Positions 1 through 11,420 of a stretch of 64,000 bases of DNA are shown here, piece by piece (positions within the stretch are counted from its first letter, which is position 1; each line of letters starts with the position of its first letter). Made by a program: the position numbers and the translations under genes. The stretch is from Octopus sinensis (lineage: Eukaryota): the NCBI RefSeq assembly GCF_006345805.1, contig NC_042998.1:57040001-57104000 (forward strand), given 5' to 3'. Under the pieces are notes generated by a model. The model did no database searches and was not told where the DNA came from. It was given only the letters and a program-made list of their open reading frames with translations.

Positions 1-44
1 TAATATTCTTCTCTCTCTGTCTGTCTCTCTCTGTATATATATAT

Positions 45-80
<36 letters not shown>

Positions 81-611
81 CATACATATGATGTCCATAC
101 AAGATTTTATCTCGAACGAAACCTGCTGTAGCATACATGTTAGCAATAAATATGCGTTCAGTATGACATATAAATAGCTACATGAAACGTAAGTGTAATC
201 ATTTCCTTTTCCTTGAAACTCTTACTTTTCTACAAAACAGTTGATATATAAGGTTCGTAAACAATTCTGATCAGGTTCAAGTATTTACACATATTATTGA
301 CATTCACAGCTGAAATTAGTGGCACTTCACAAAATGTAACAATGACTGTACAAAGAGGCCATTTGTTTTCTTTGGCTTGCAAAAATAAATAGCTACAACG
401 ATTATCCAATTTTTGTTATTACAAGTAATTTTAGCAAGCGTCTTCTGCCTATTATTACTAAGTGAAAAATATATAATCAATGCAATGTATATTTGTCTGA
501 GTTCGTGTATATGTGTACGCTTGTGTGTATGTCTCTGCGTCTCTCTCTCTCTCTCCTCTCTCTCTCTTTCTCTCTCTCTTCCCACATACATATGTAAATA
601 ATGTTTACATT

Positions 612-681
<70 letters not shown>

Positions 682-696
682 AAGTACCAGAATCTG

Positions 697-925
697 TTTC
701 TTTATTACCCACAAGGGGCTAAACATAGAGGGGACAAACAAGGACAGACTAACGGATTGAGTCGATTACATCGACCCCAGTGCGTAGCTGGTACTTAATT
801 TATCGACACCGAAAGGATGAAAGGCAAAGTCGACCTCGGCGGGATTTGAACTCAGAACGTAACGACAGACGAAATACGGCTACGCATTTCGCCCGGCGTG
901 CTAACGTTTCTGCCAGCTCGCCGCC
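697..925 (-). mobile_element. tRNA-derived SINE, family A (GGCGGCGAGCTGGCAG head), full length
   Basis: Minus strand reads GGCGGCGAGCTGGCAGAAACGTTAGC...GAGTTCAAATCCC (A/B-box-like), then GCCTTTCATCCTTTCGGTGTCGAT. Near-identical copies at 5270-5495 and 11191-11420. Flanked by a 19-bp direct repeat TATCAAGTACCAGAATCTG (678-696, 938-956). Confidence 0.85.
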
Positions 926-944
926 TTATCTGGTACTTATCAAG

Positions 945-1140
945 TACCAGAATCTGCATATCATAGCCATCAGCGAGACCAGACTCCACAGCCCGCGGGC
1001 CCTCTAGCACATGTTCGGCGAACATTTCGACATTTATTTTTCTCCGTGTCTGCCAAGAACGGGCGGAGGTGGCACCGCGGTGCTTCTTCGGAAGAGTCTG
1101 AACCTGAGGTTTAGAGGAGTAATGGCTGTGCTTTTCGACT
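945..1140 (+). pseudogene. Non-LTR retrotransposon AP-endonuclease fragment (Tx1/L1-like)
   Basis: Translates as QNLHIIAISETRL...IYFSPCLPRTGGGGTAVLLRKSL with an internal stop; this matches APE motifs (xxQET, GVAILx). Confidence 0.6.
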
Positions 1141-1774
1141 GATAATAGTTTATACACCGTCCTTAACAGACTCTTATATTATATAATATAATATTTCAAA
1201 ACCGATGTTCATATTTATGCTCATGTATGATGTAACTGAAACGTTTCAAATGCAGAAATAGAAAATTTCATCCTAAAACGCTGTGCCCTGCTAATGATAT
1301 AATGTGCCATACACATGGAAACAAATTACAGTATTTCAGGGGATACCTATGTGTGGTGGACGTCAAAGATAGAAAAGTTGTAAAATAGATAATAACGTGA
1401 CTGTTGCATCTGTCTATGTGTTTAAATCAATAATTAAAGTAATATTCTGAAAAGGACAATACTGGACCAGGTATTGCCTGTCTTAGGATTCTCAATCGTC
1501 ATAATTTAGAGAGGTAGACATCATAATACAAGAGGATGCTTACTTGATAAGAAACCTGTTACCATGGAGCTGGAGTTAGTGATACGACTCAATTGTGTTG
1601 ATCGTGACTTACTGAAAAACAGTTTACCAAATTTGTGTAATGGGCCTCATCTTATACATCAGCCATACACAATAGTCTTAAACTTGGACAGGATCTGTTA
1701 CTACTGAAATAATCGACGGATATCCCCTCCACCGATTCCAAAGCTCAGTGTAATCTTAAGAAACATTTTCAGGT

Positions 1775-1940
1775 ATCTGGAGTTGCATCTTGTTTCGGAG
1801 TGCATTCGATCGCGTTACAGCAATGAGTTTGGGAATGGAAATCTGTTGCCTACATTTCCAGATTTCTTTCATCGGTGGAATAGAGGTATGCTTAGATCAA
1901 AAATCGAGGTGTTTGATGCTGACTTGAATGTATAAAAGAG
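1775..1940 (+). pseudogene. Gypsy-type LTR retrotransposon RNase H relic
   Basis: ASCFGVHSIALQQ*VWEWKSVAYISRFLSSVE*RYA*IK resembles DASxxGLGAVLLQ...PVAYxSRxLxxxExRYAQIE; several stops. Confidence 0.55.
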
Positions 1941-2073
1941 AGAGAAGTTACTCATGCAGCGAGAAAAGAGTTAGAGAAGGGCCATCTATTTCCCTCGTTA
2001 GCAACGAAAATATTTTCTACCACTCAGCAAATAAACACCGACCACAACTACCAGTAGCAACAACAGCACTAGT

Positions 2074-2270
2074 GGAGGCGCAATGGCCAAGTGGTTAGAG
2101 TAGCGGACTCGCGGTCGTAAGAATGCGGTTTCGATTCCCAGACCGGGCATTGTGAGTGTTTATTGAGCAAAAGCACATAAGCCCCATGAGCTCCGGCGGG
2201 TGGTTGTGGTGGTGGTGAACCCCACTGTACTCTTTCACCACAACTTTCTCTCACTCTTTCTTCCTACTTC
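2074..2270 (+). mobile_element. tRNA-derived SINE, family C, 5' part
   Basis: GGCGCAATGGCCAAGTGGTTAGAG...GGTTTCGATTCCC (A and B boxes); same family as 29153-29455. Confidence 0.7.
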
Positions 2271-2471
2271 TGCTACAAAGCAGAGGAACCATGATGCAAC
2301 CCACTATGGTGTGGTAAACTTTCAGACCCTAGTCTAGATTGGGAATCCCCTGTACCCCATGATGTTCAGCGCTCCACCCGTTAAAAAGCCACCGTTTACT
2401 GAATGAGAATAACAACGTAGCTTTTGCACCCGTGCAACCGCCAGTCTATCGCGTGTGGTGGGTAGATCTTC

Positions 2472-2586
2472 AAGAAGAAGAAGAAGAAGAAGAAGAAGAA
2501 GAGACGTAGAAGAAGAAGAAGAAGAAGAAGAAGAAGAAGAAGAAGAAGAAGAAGAAGAAGAAGAAGAAGAAGAAGAAGAAGAAGAC
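2472..2586. repeat. (GAA)n microsatellite
   Basis: Read directly; explains the poly-E, poly-R and poly-S ORFs. Confidence 0.95.
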
Positions 2587-3334
2587 AACAGCACTATCAA
2601 TACCATTGACAGCAAGGAAACAAAAGCAACAGCAGCAGCAATAATAGCTCACCATCACCAATGAGTCAATGACGGCTGCAAAAACATCTGTCAATTGACA
2701 GCGCCGTGGTAAAGATGATTAATGCTGCAGTTTTTCACGCCAGCACCATTTTGTCGACCAACATCTTCACTATTACCAGTAGTTCTTCCATCATTGAGTA
2801 CACTGCCTCAAGCACATTGACTACAGCTCCGTACCACCATCATCACCAGCTACAACAATATAACAGAAAAGGAGAGGGAGAGGAAGAGGGAGAGATGGAA
2901 GAGAGGAGGAGAGAGGGGGAGAGAGGGGGAGAGAGGGGGAGAGAGGGAGAGAGAGAGAGAGAGAGTGAGATAGCGGGAGGAGAGATAGGAAAGTGGTTAC
3001 CGAAAGCTGAAACTTCACAAATTATCGATTCTCAAATAAGGAAACGTGTGAATCCACTGATCTTATATAGGTTTACAAGAAATTTAAAAAGAAAAACAAA
3101 AAACAAAACATAATCATTAATAGATAATTGTTTCTAACTAGAGAAAGGCAAGAGATTTTTAGTCGATATCGTTGACCTCAGTACTTGACTGGAGAGATGA
3201 AAGTTGACCTAAGCATGGTTTGAAGTTCGAAAAAAAATAAGATGAAAGTAATAGTAATATAATATAATATAATAATAAACAAAAACGTATGCAACTGTTT
3301 CAAGCAAAATAGTTCAAAGATCATCTGCGCAGAG

Positions 3335-3700
3335 TTCGTCTTTAATGCTTTCTCTCTGCAGTTTACACTGTTGATGTTTCACAACCATTTCCATTGCTTT
3401 TTCTTATGTGACGTACTTATCCAGCGGTAGTCCCTCATACAGGTGCATATACGCAAGCTCAGCTACTAACCTGTCTCTAAACAGTTTGTCGTGCGAATCA
3501 CAGTTTCACTGTTTACTTGTATCTAAACTTGTTCTCACATACTGTATATTAGATTCGTCTCTACAGTTAAGAATGCGAAAAATTCGTCTTTAACTGCATA
3601 ATTGAGTGTTTGCTCAACTTAGGTTATTTTAAGATCCTTCAGAACGCCATTTGTTTCATCTGTTGTACAGAAAGTGACCCTATTTAGCTTGTTCACTTGT
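3335..3700 (-). pseudogene. Gypsy-type gag relic
   Basis: NCDSHDKLFRDRLVAELAYMHLYEGLPLDKYVT*EKAMEMV resembles the CxY...DELIRDRIVxGL...LQLDxxLTLEKA motif of invertebrate Gypsy gag. Confidence 0.5.
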
Positions 3701-3748
3701 ATGGTTGTTTGGATTATTAGGATGACAAAAATGTTCTAAGAATCGTAT

Positions 3749-3988
3749 CTTTCATCCTTTCGGGGTCGATTAAATAAGTACCAGTTACGCACTGGGGTCG
3801 ATATAATCGACTTAATCCGTTTGTCTGTCCTTGTTTGTCCTCTCTGTGTTTAGCCCCTTGTGGGTAGTAAAGAAATGAGTATTTCACGTGCTCAGTTCAA
3901 ATTCCACCGTGATCGACTTTGCCTTTCGTTATTTCAGGGTCGGTGAAATAAGTACCAGTCGAGCACTGGAGTCGATCTAATTCATTAG
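3749..3988 (+). mobile_element. Composite SINE family A fragment (younger copy joined to an older copy)
   Basis: Family A 3' half followed by a second, more diverged GTTCAAATTCC...GCCTTTC unit; the whole junction recurs inverted at 5152-5395. Confidence 0.75.
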
Positions 3989-5115
3989 TTTGACGAAGTC
4001 AGATGGCTCTGTTGGTGAACTTAATACTTCATATGTGCATAAATACAACTAATGCAATCCAGCCTCTAAATACAAGATAGCAAACTGCCTACATTAGAAC
4101 AACCACTGCGATGCAGTAATCTAGACTGATATTAATGGTTCAGATCCCGATCAAAGATTCCAATCTGGTAGTGACCACGCTACGATTCCTTCTGGAAAGT
4201 GGAGCTTGTAGTTTTCACATTCGACTATACTACTGATAACAAGAAGCAACTTCTTGGGTGAATACATTTGTAAAAATGTTTAGCGAGTTCTGTCTGGCCT
4301 ATCCTTCTGCCCTCTCGAAGGGACACTCTACCTGAATGCTTAAATAGATTTTCGAGATCATTAAAGTTCTCCTTGCTCAGCGACATCTCACTCAACCACA
4401 TGTCGTTCCTGGTTATTTCGGCACTTTTGTTTGTGTAACCATATATCATGGTGTTAGTGTATAGGCTGGTGTGTAACATAACAGATCAGCTGGCTTCATA
4501 AACTTGGCCTCAAGTTTAAAACCTTATCAAGCCATGCCATCAGCTCTACCTCCACCTCTCCACGCATCAGATTGAAAGAATGAAACGGTGATATATTTTC
4601 CACTGTTTTCTTCTTTGGACAAAAAGCATGTCTGCGTGTGTGCATTGTTGTTATTACTCGTATCATTGAAGTTGTTTGAATCAATGTCACAATTATCTGT
4701 CAAGAAGTCATTAGTTTTCTGTGTTTGCTACTTGCGTCTTGCCGTGTAATTGAATTTGCCTTGTGTCTGTTGAATTCAATTGATTTTTTTTTGTTTTTGT
4801 TTTTGGTGGGCCTTGTTTTCCTGACAGGAAGTCATCTGAAGTTGAATGTAAACAGAATAAAATTATGCTTAAAATGGTAGAAGCTGTCAGATTTCAAGTC
4901 TTCTCGATATGGGGAGAAATCCAGAGTGTTCCAAAAAGATCTGAAGAAATTGTTAAAAATATAAAATATCTTTATTCTGATGTATTTTGTAGAAATATAA
5001 TCTAAAAATTTTGGAGAACTGCGGAAATGTGACCAAGGTAATTATGTTGAGAAAAATTATAGTTTATAATAAATATATATAAATTATAGTTTATAATAAA
5101 TTATAGTTTATAATA

Positions 5116-5495
5116 TTGTTGGCACAAGGCCAGCAATTTCTAGAGAAGTTGCTAATGAATTAGATCGACTCCAGTGCTCGACTGGTACTTATTTCCTAAA
5201 ATAACGAAAGGCAAAGTCGACCACGATGGAATTTGAACTGAGCACGTGAAATCGGAGGAAATACTCATATCTTTACTACCCACAAGGGCTAAACACAGAA
5301 AGGACAAACAAGGACAGACAAAGGGATTAAGTCGATTATATCGACCCCAGTGCGCAACTGGTACTTATTTAATCGACCCCGAAAGGATGAAATGCAAAGT
5401 CGACCTCGGCGGAATTTGAACTCAGAACGTAGTGGAAGACGAAATACCGCTAAGCATTTTGCTCGGCTTGCTAAAGATCATGCCAGCTCGCCGCC
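5116..5495 (-). mobile_element. Composite SINE family A (full young copy next to an older copy)
   Basis: Head GGCGGCGAGCTGGC at 5495 on the minus strand; reverse-complement match to 3749-3988. Confidence 0.8.
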
Positions 5496-5994
5496 TGTAT
5501 AATTGTCTATGATAACGATCTCAGTATTTAACTAGTATTATATTTTGTCGATTCTCCGTGGGCTTTAACTTCAGAACGACGTGAAAGTCAACGACATACT
5601 GTAAGAAATATTTTCTGACTGACTTATTTGCTGATTTTGCCAATCCGATGCCCAAAATATAAAGACGAAGTTGAAGAACAGGAGGAAAGAATAAAGACGA
5701 ACAAGACGAAGAATATTAGAGAAAATGAGGCAAAATGAAGGACAGAAAAAGATGAAATGAAAGAGTTGAAAGACAAGGAAAAGTGAAGGATAGAAAAAGA
5801 TAAATTGAGTTGACAAACAAAGAAAAATGGCGAAAACATATGGTGATTTCATATCTTAGGATCTAAGAGTATTGTAGCGAAAGTATACACAATTGTAACA
5901 TAGTCAAGGGATTGTATTTCAATATATTACTGGTATCAATCGATTACCTCAAACTCGGGAAAACATCAACATCAACAATGATGCCAAACCAGGT

Positions 5995-6480
5995 GATAAT
6001 TTAATGAAGCGAATAGTGATTGTGATGGTGTCCATGATAATGTCCATGATGATGATGACGAATATGATGCTGCTGCTTTTGTTGTTGTTGTTGTTGCTGT
6101 TGCTTCTTCTGTTACTGCTGGTGAGAATAATAATGATGAATTTGCTGCTGTGGTTGTTGATTATTGTTTTGATGACAACGGCAATGAATATGAATATTTA
6201 GTGGTATGACGATGATGATGATGATGATGATGTTGATGATGATTATGATGATGATGCCAAACATATAATGACAACTACGACTACGACGACGATGGCGCTG
6301 CTGCGGCCGTGGTTGTCACTGCAACGACGCCGACAACGACAATGATGATACGATGACGACGACGATAGGGATGATGATAATGACGACGACGACGACGACG
6401 ATGATGATGATGATGATGATGATGATGACGACGACGACGATGATGATGATGACGACAACGACGAAGACGACGAGGACAAT
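5995..6480. repeat. Compound trinucleotide microsatellite (GAT/GAC/GTT/GCT)
   Basis: Read directly. Confidence 0.9.
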
Positions 6481-6628
6481 GTTCGATTGGCGTAATAGAA
6501 AAACGTTGACATTATACTCGACGTCAGCAGCGAAGAAACGCAATTCATATTGACAGGTCCTTAGAATCTGGGAAAAAAGGATTACTAAATACTGATGGAT
6601 GTTTTCGCACATGAAATAAGGAAATTAG

Positions 6629-7439
<811 letters not shown>

Positions 7440-7569
7440 GAAATAGTAAAGTGTGAAAAAACGACAGAAGGCTTAAATGTTAAAAATATATATATTTGTG
7501 TCAAAATGTCTGGAGAATATTGGAAAAATTTTTTCCTTTCCTTAAAATGACATAATTTTAAAATTTTTA

Positions 7570-7609
7570 AAGAAATTACCGGTTTCGCGTGTAGCTTTTC
7601 AAATTTCTT
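7570..7609 (-). ncRNA. Minimal type I hammerhead ribozyme motif (U3-A8 variant), left-arm copy
   Basis: Reverse complement of 7878-7917. Confidence 0.6.
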
Positions 7610-7726
7610 GTGACGTTATGTTTATATTGTATGGAATTATCGTTGTTTTTATTTCCAGGAGATTTCTAAATAAGGGGAGGTAGTGAGTGATTTTTTCCGG
7701 TGTAGGGGAGATAATCGCTTAAAATT

Positions 7727-7770
<44 letters not shown>

Positions 7771-7877
7771 GCGATTATCTCCCCTACACCGGAAAAAATC
7801 ACTCACTACCTCCCCTTATTTAGAAATCTCCTGGAAATAAAACAACGATAATTCCATACAATATAAACATACGTCAC

Positions 7878-7917
7878 AAGAAATTTGAAAAGCTACACGC
7901 GAAACCGGTAATTTCTT
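7878..7917 (+). ncRNA. Minimal type I hammerhead ribozyme motif (U3-A8 variant)
   Basis: AAGAAAT-TTGAAAA-GC tacac GC-GAAA-CCGG-TA-ATTTCTT: 7-bp stem I, compensatory U3/A8 core, palindromic CCGG in place of stem III, GUA cleavage triplet. Confidence 0.65.
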
Positions 7918-8089
7918 TAAAAATTTTAAAATTATGTCATTTTAAGGAAAGGAAAAAAATTTTTCCATATTCTCCAGACATTTTGACACAAATATATATA
8001 TTTTTAACATTTAAGCCTTCTGTCGTTTTTTCACACTTACTATTTTCTTATATATTCACCCACGTGCTTTACCAAACAAACTTTCTTAT

Positions 8090-8183
8090 CTATATATATA
8101 TATATATATATATACATACACACATACATACATACATATACATACATACATACATACATACATACATACACACACACATACAA

Positions 8184-8221
<38 letters not shown>

Positions 8222-8751
8222 GTATGTATGTATGTATATATATATATATATAAATATATATACATACATATATATATATGTGTGTGTGTTTGTATGTATA
8301 TGTATGTATGTATATATATATATACATACATACATACATATATTTATATACACACATACTTACATATATATATACTTATACATATATATATATATATATT
8401 AGGCGCAGGAGTGGCTGTATGGTAAGTAGCTTGCTTACCAAATACATGGTTCTGGGTTCAGTCCCACCGCGTGGCAGCTTGGGCAAGTGCCTTCTACTAC
8501 TTACAAAGAATAAGTCCAACATGGCCACAGTCAAATGACTGAAACAGGTAAAAAAATATATACGTACATACACACACGCATACATACATGCGTATATATA
8601 AATACATATATGTATATATATATATATATCTATATATATATACATATATATATACATATATATATACATATATATATATACATATATATATATACACACA
8701 CATATATATATATATATACATACATACATACTACATACATACATACATACA

Positions 8752-8787
<36 letters not shown>

Positions 8788-8795
8788 TATATATA
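8090..8795. repeat. (TA)n/(TACA)n/(CA)n compound microsatellites surrounding a SINE
   Basis: Read directly. Confidence 0.9.
8402..8552 (+). mobile_element. tRNA-derived SINE family B (GGCGCAGGAGTGGCTG head), internally deleted
   Basis: Head and GGTTCAGTCCC B box, CTTGGGCAAGTG core, joined directly to the CATGGCCACAGTCAAATGACTGAAAC tail. Confidence 0.8.
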
Positions 8796-9416
8796 ATACA
8801 AATAAGAAAATGGTGAAACAAATTTGGTTCGTTCATCAACTTACGGATATTATAATGCTGGATTATTTATTCATTTTACAAATGAGAACATCAAAAGCAT
8901 ACAAAAATATTATAGAAATCAATAGATAAGATAATAATACAAATACAGATTTTAAAAGAAATAGTATAAATTAATGAAAACCTAAAAATTACTTCTTACT
9001 GCTGTTTCAGCCTAAGAGAGTTAGAAGTTGTGAATCCAGCCAACTAGGGAAAATATCTATCCTATATACTGCTGGTAGAATACCCAATTATTAAAATACA
9101 AGTGTTTTTTATTGCATTGCCATTACATTACCGAGTGTACTAAATGGGTTAGGGCAAAGAATTTACTTCAGTCTAGTGGTCAGATAAAGGTAGAATGGAG
9201 TATTTTTGCCTCTTGGCTGAAAGAGCTGTTAACTATTTATCAAATTTCTATTCCTGTATGTTATATAGTTTAATAATTACCTGTATCTTTGTATATTTTA
9301 TATGCAAAGCATAATATGTTATACATGTATGTATATTCTTGTAATTGTCATTTTAGTAAATGAATAAATTGACATAATATAATGTCTATTAGGTGATGAC
9401 CTACCATTTTCTTATT

Positions 9417-9483
<67 letters not shown>

Positions 9484-9489
<6 letters not shown>

Positions 9490-10256
9490 CAATTTAGGAA
9501 TGGCCTTAACAGGCCATTCGTCCACTAGACAGAGCACCATAACTCTAACCGCAAGTAATATAATTCGGAAATAGGTGAAAATTAAAAACGTTTAGCCTAA
9601 TTCATCTTTTAGACGATGCATCGTTTCTGCGTTTTTAATGATAGACCAGCTTAATTAAATTAAATTAAGCTAATCTACCATAGGTCACGCTTCATATTTT
9701 AGTCTCATGACTATTTTTCTTTTCCACTGGGCCGCTGGTAGTGATAAATTTCTATCGAATTTTTTACTACCCTAAATTGATTAATTGATTATTTTCTGAC
9801 TAATTCTGAGATTGATTCGGCAGTTTATATTTGCTGCTGATAAGATTGGCGCGATTGCGCGGGTCTTCGAAGATTTAAGACAGATATTCCAGAGGCTTCG
9901 ATGCGGTAGCCTCGTGTATATTTGCCTCCACCAAAGGTTTCTTTACTGACGAAGCGTGACCTATGGTAGATTAGCTTAATTTAATTAATTAAGCTGGTCT
10001 ATCATTAAAAACGCAGAAACGATGCATCGTCTAAAAGATGAATTAGGGTAAACGTTTTTAATTTTTCACCTATTTCCGAATTATATTACTTTGCGGTTAG
10101 AGTTATGGCTGCTCTGTCTAGTGGACGAATGGCCTGTTAAGGCCATTCCTAAATTGTTATATATTTACATTTTAGTCTCATGACTATTTTTCTTTTCCAC
10201 TGGCCGCTGGTAGTGATAATTTCTATCGAATTTTTTACTACCCTAAATTGATTAAT
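9484..10256 (+). mobile_element. Non-coding Penelope-LTR-like / retrozyme-like element (473-bp monomer, partial tandem repeat, inverted 5' copy) in (TA)n
   Basis: 9484-9693 is the inverse of 9951-10160; 9696-9785 is directly repeated at 10169-10256; contains a hammerhead motif; (TA)n on both sides. Confidence 0.75.
9940..10038 (+). ncRNA. Type I hammerhead ribozyme motif with extended stem II
   Basis: TCTTTA-CTGACGA-aGCGT...long hairpin...ACGCa-GAAA-CGATGCATCG-TC-TAAAAGA; palindromic stem III; GUC triplet; A.A mismatch at the base of stem II. Confidence 0.7.
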
Positions 10257-10580
10257 ATATATATATATATAATATATATATTTATAATATTTATACATAC
10301 ATACATATATACACTCATATATATATTATATATATATATATATAATATATATATATCATCCTTTTTTCTCTCTTTTTTTTTTGTCTCCTCCTTTATTTCT
10401 CTCCTTGTTTTTCTGTGTCCCTTTCTGTAGAAGAGTGTAGGCTCGAAACGTAAAATACGTTTTCTATTCCTGAGCGTTATACTAATACATCTGTTTGTTT
10501 TGTACACCACCTGTCTTCGTCTTTTGTTTTTTTCATAAACTCTTCCTATATATATATATATATATATATAACATTATATA

Positions 10581-10898
10581 TAAGGGCTTAGTAAAATAAA
10601 TTACTTTGCCACATACTGAACTCATTAGAAATAGCAGCTAAAGAAATTTCTTCAGCTATTTCTAATACTTAAAGAAGATCTCTCTCAGATAGTGTTTGCC
10701 TAAACTAACTCACAAAAGTATGGGGGAAAAAACATTAAAAAATCAAGTGCAAAGGTTATTTGAGAACGTACGTTTCTAGATTAGTCAATTCGACATTTCT
10801 TTCTTCAGCTCAGAATTCCTTGAATCGGATTTGGGAACACTGAAAGTCGGGAGCATACCCTTTCGGCTTCTAATCACCTCTAGAATTCTGCTCGAAAT
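10581..10898 (-). mobile_element. Non-coding hammerhead-bearing element in (TA)n, related to 49334-50202
   Basis: Shares AAGGGnTTAG...TTAGAAATAGCAG..AAAGA...AGCTATTTCT...GATCTC with 49340-49435; (TA)n on both sides. Confidence 0.65.
10760..10813 (-). ncRNA. Type I hammerhead ribozyme motif
   Basis: Minus strand: TGAG-CTGAAGA-aAGAaatGTCgaattGACtaaTCTa-GAAA-CGTACG-TT-CTCA. Confidence 0.65.
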
Positions 10899-11190
10899 AT
10901 ATATATATATATATTTATATATACATACACACATACACATTTGTTTTGTTTTTATTAAAAAACAGTATAATATTACATTGAAGGATTACACAATGCTTTT
11001 CAGAAGAGCACTTGCTTATTATTAAACTGAAAATGGTGACTAAGATGAAACTTCGAAGTCACTGTCAACGTTCTGCTTGCGAAAAGATTAATAAAGAAAC
11101 ATACCTATATTATTTGATACGTGTACGTATAGAAACGCATAAATGTACATGTAAATGTTAGATATATGCATGCACATATGCACATATACC

Positions 11191-11420
11191 TATTTCTTTA
11201 CTACCCACAAGGGGCTAAACACAGAGGGGAAAACAAGGACAGACAAGCGGAACAAGTCGATTATATCGACCCCAGTGCGTAACTGGTACTTAATTTATCG
11301 AGCCCGGAAGGATGAAAGGCGAAGTCGACCTCGGCGGAATTTGAACTCGGAACGTAACGACAGACGAAATACGGCTACGCATTTCGCCCGGCGTGCTAAC
11401 GTTTCTGCCAGCTCGCCGCC
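11191..11420 (-). mobile_element. SINE family A, full length
   Basis: Highly similar to 697-925. Confidence 0.85.

Larger units (their letters stand above)
7438..8050. repeat. About 610-bp foldback palindrome with about 290-bp arms and a poly(T)/poly(A) centre
   Basis: 7438-7733 is the reverse complement of about 7752-8050, apart from a few 1-nt indels; flanked by (TA)n tracts. Confidence 0.9.
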
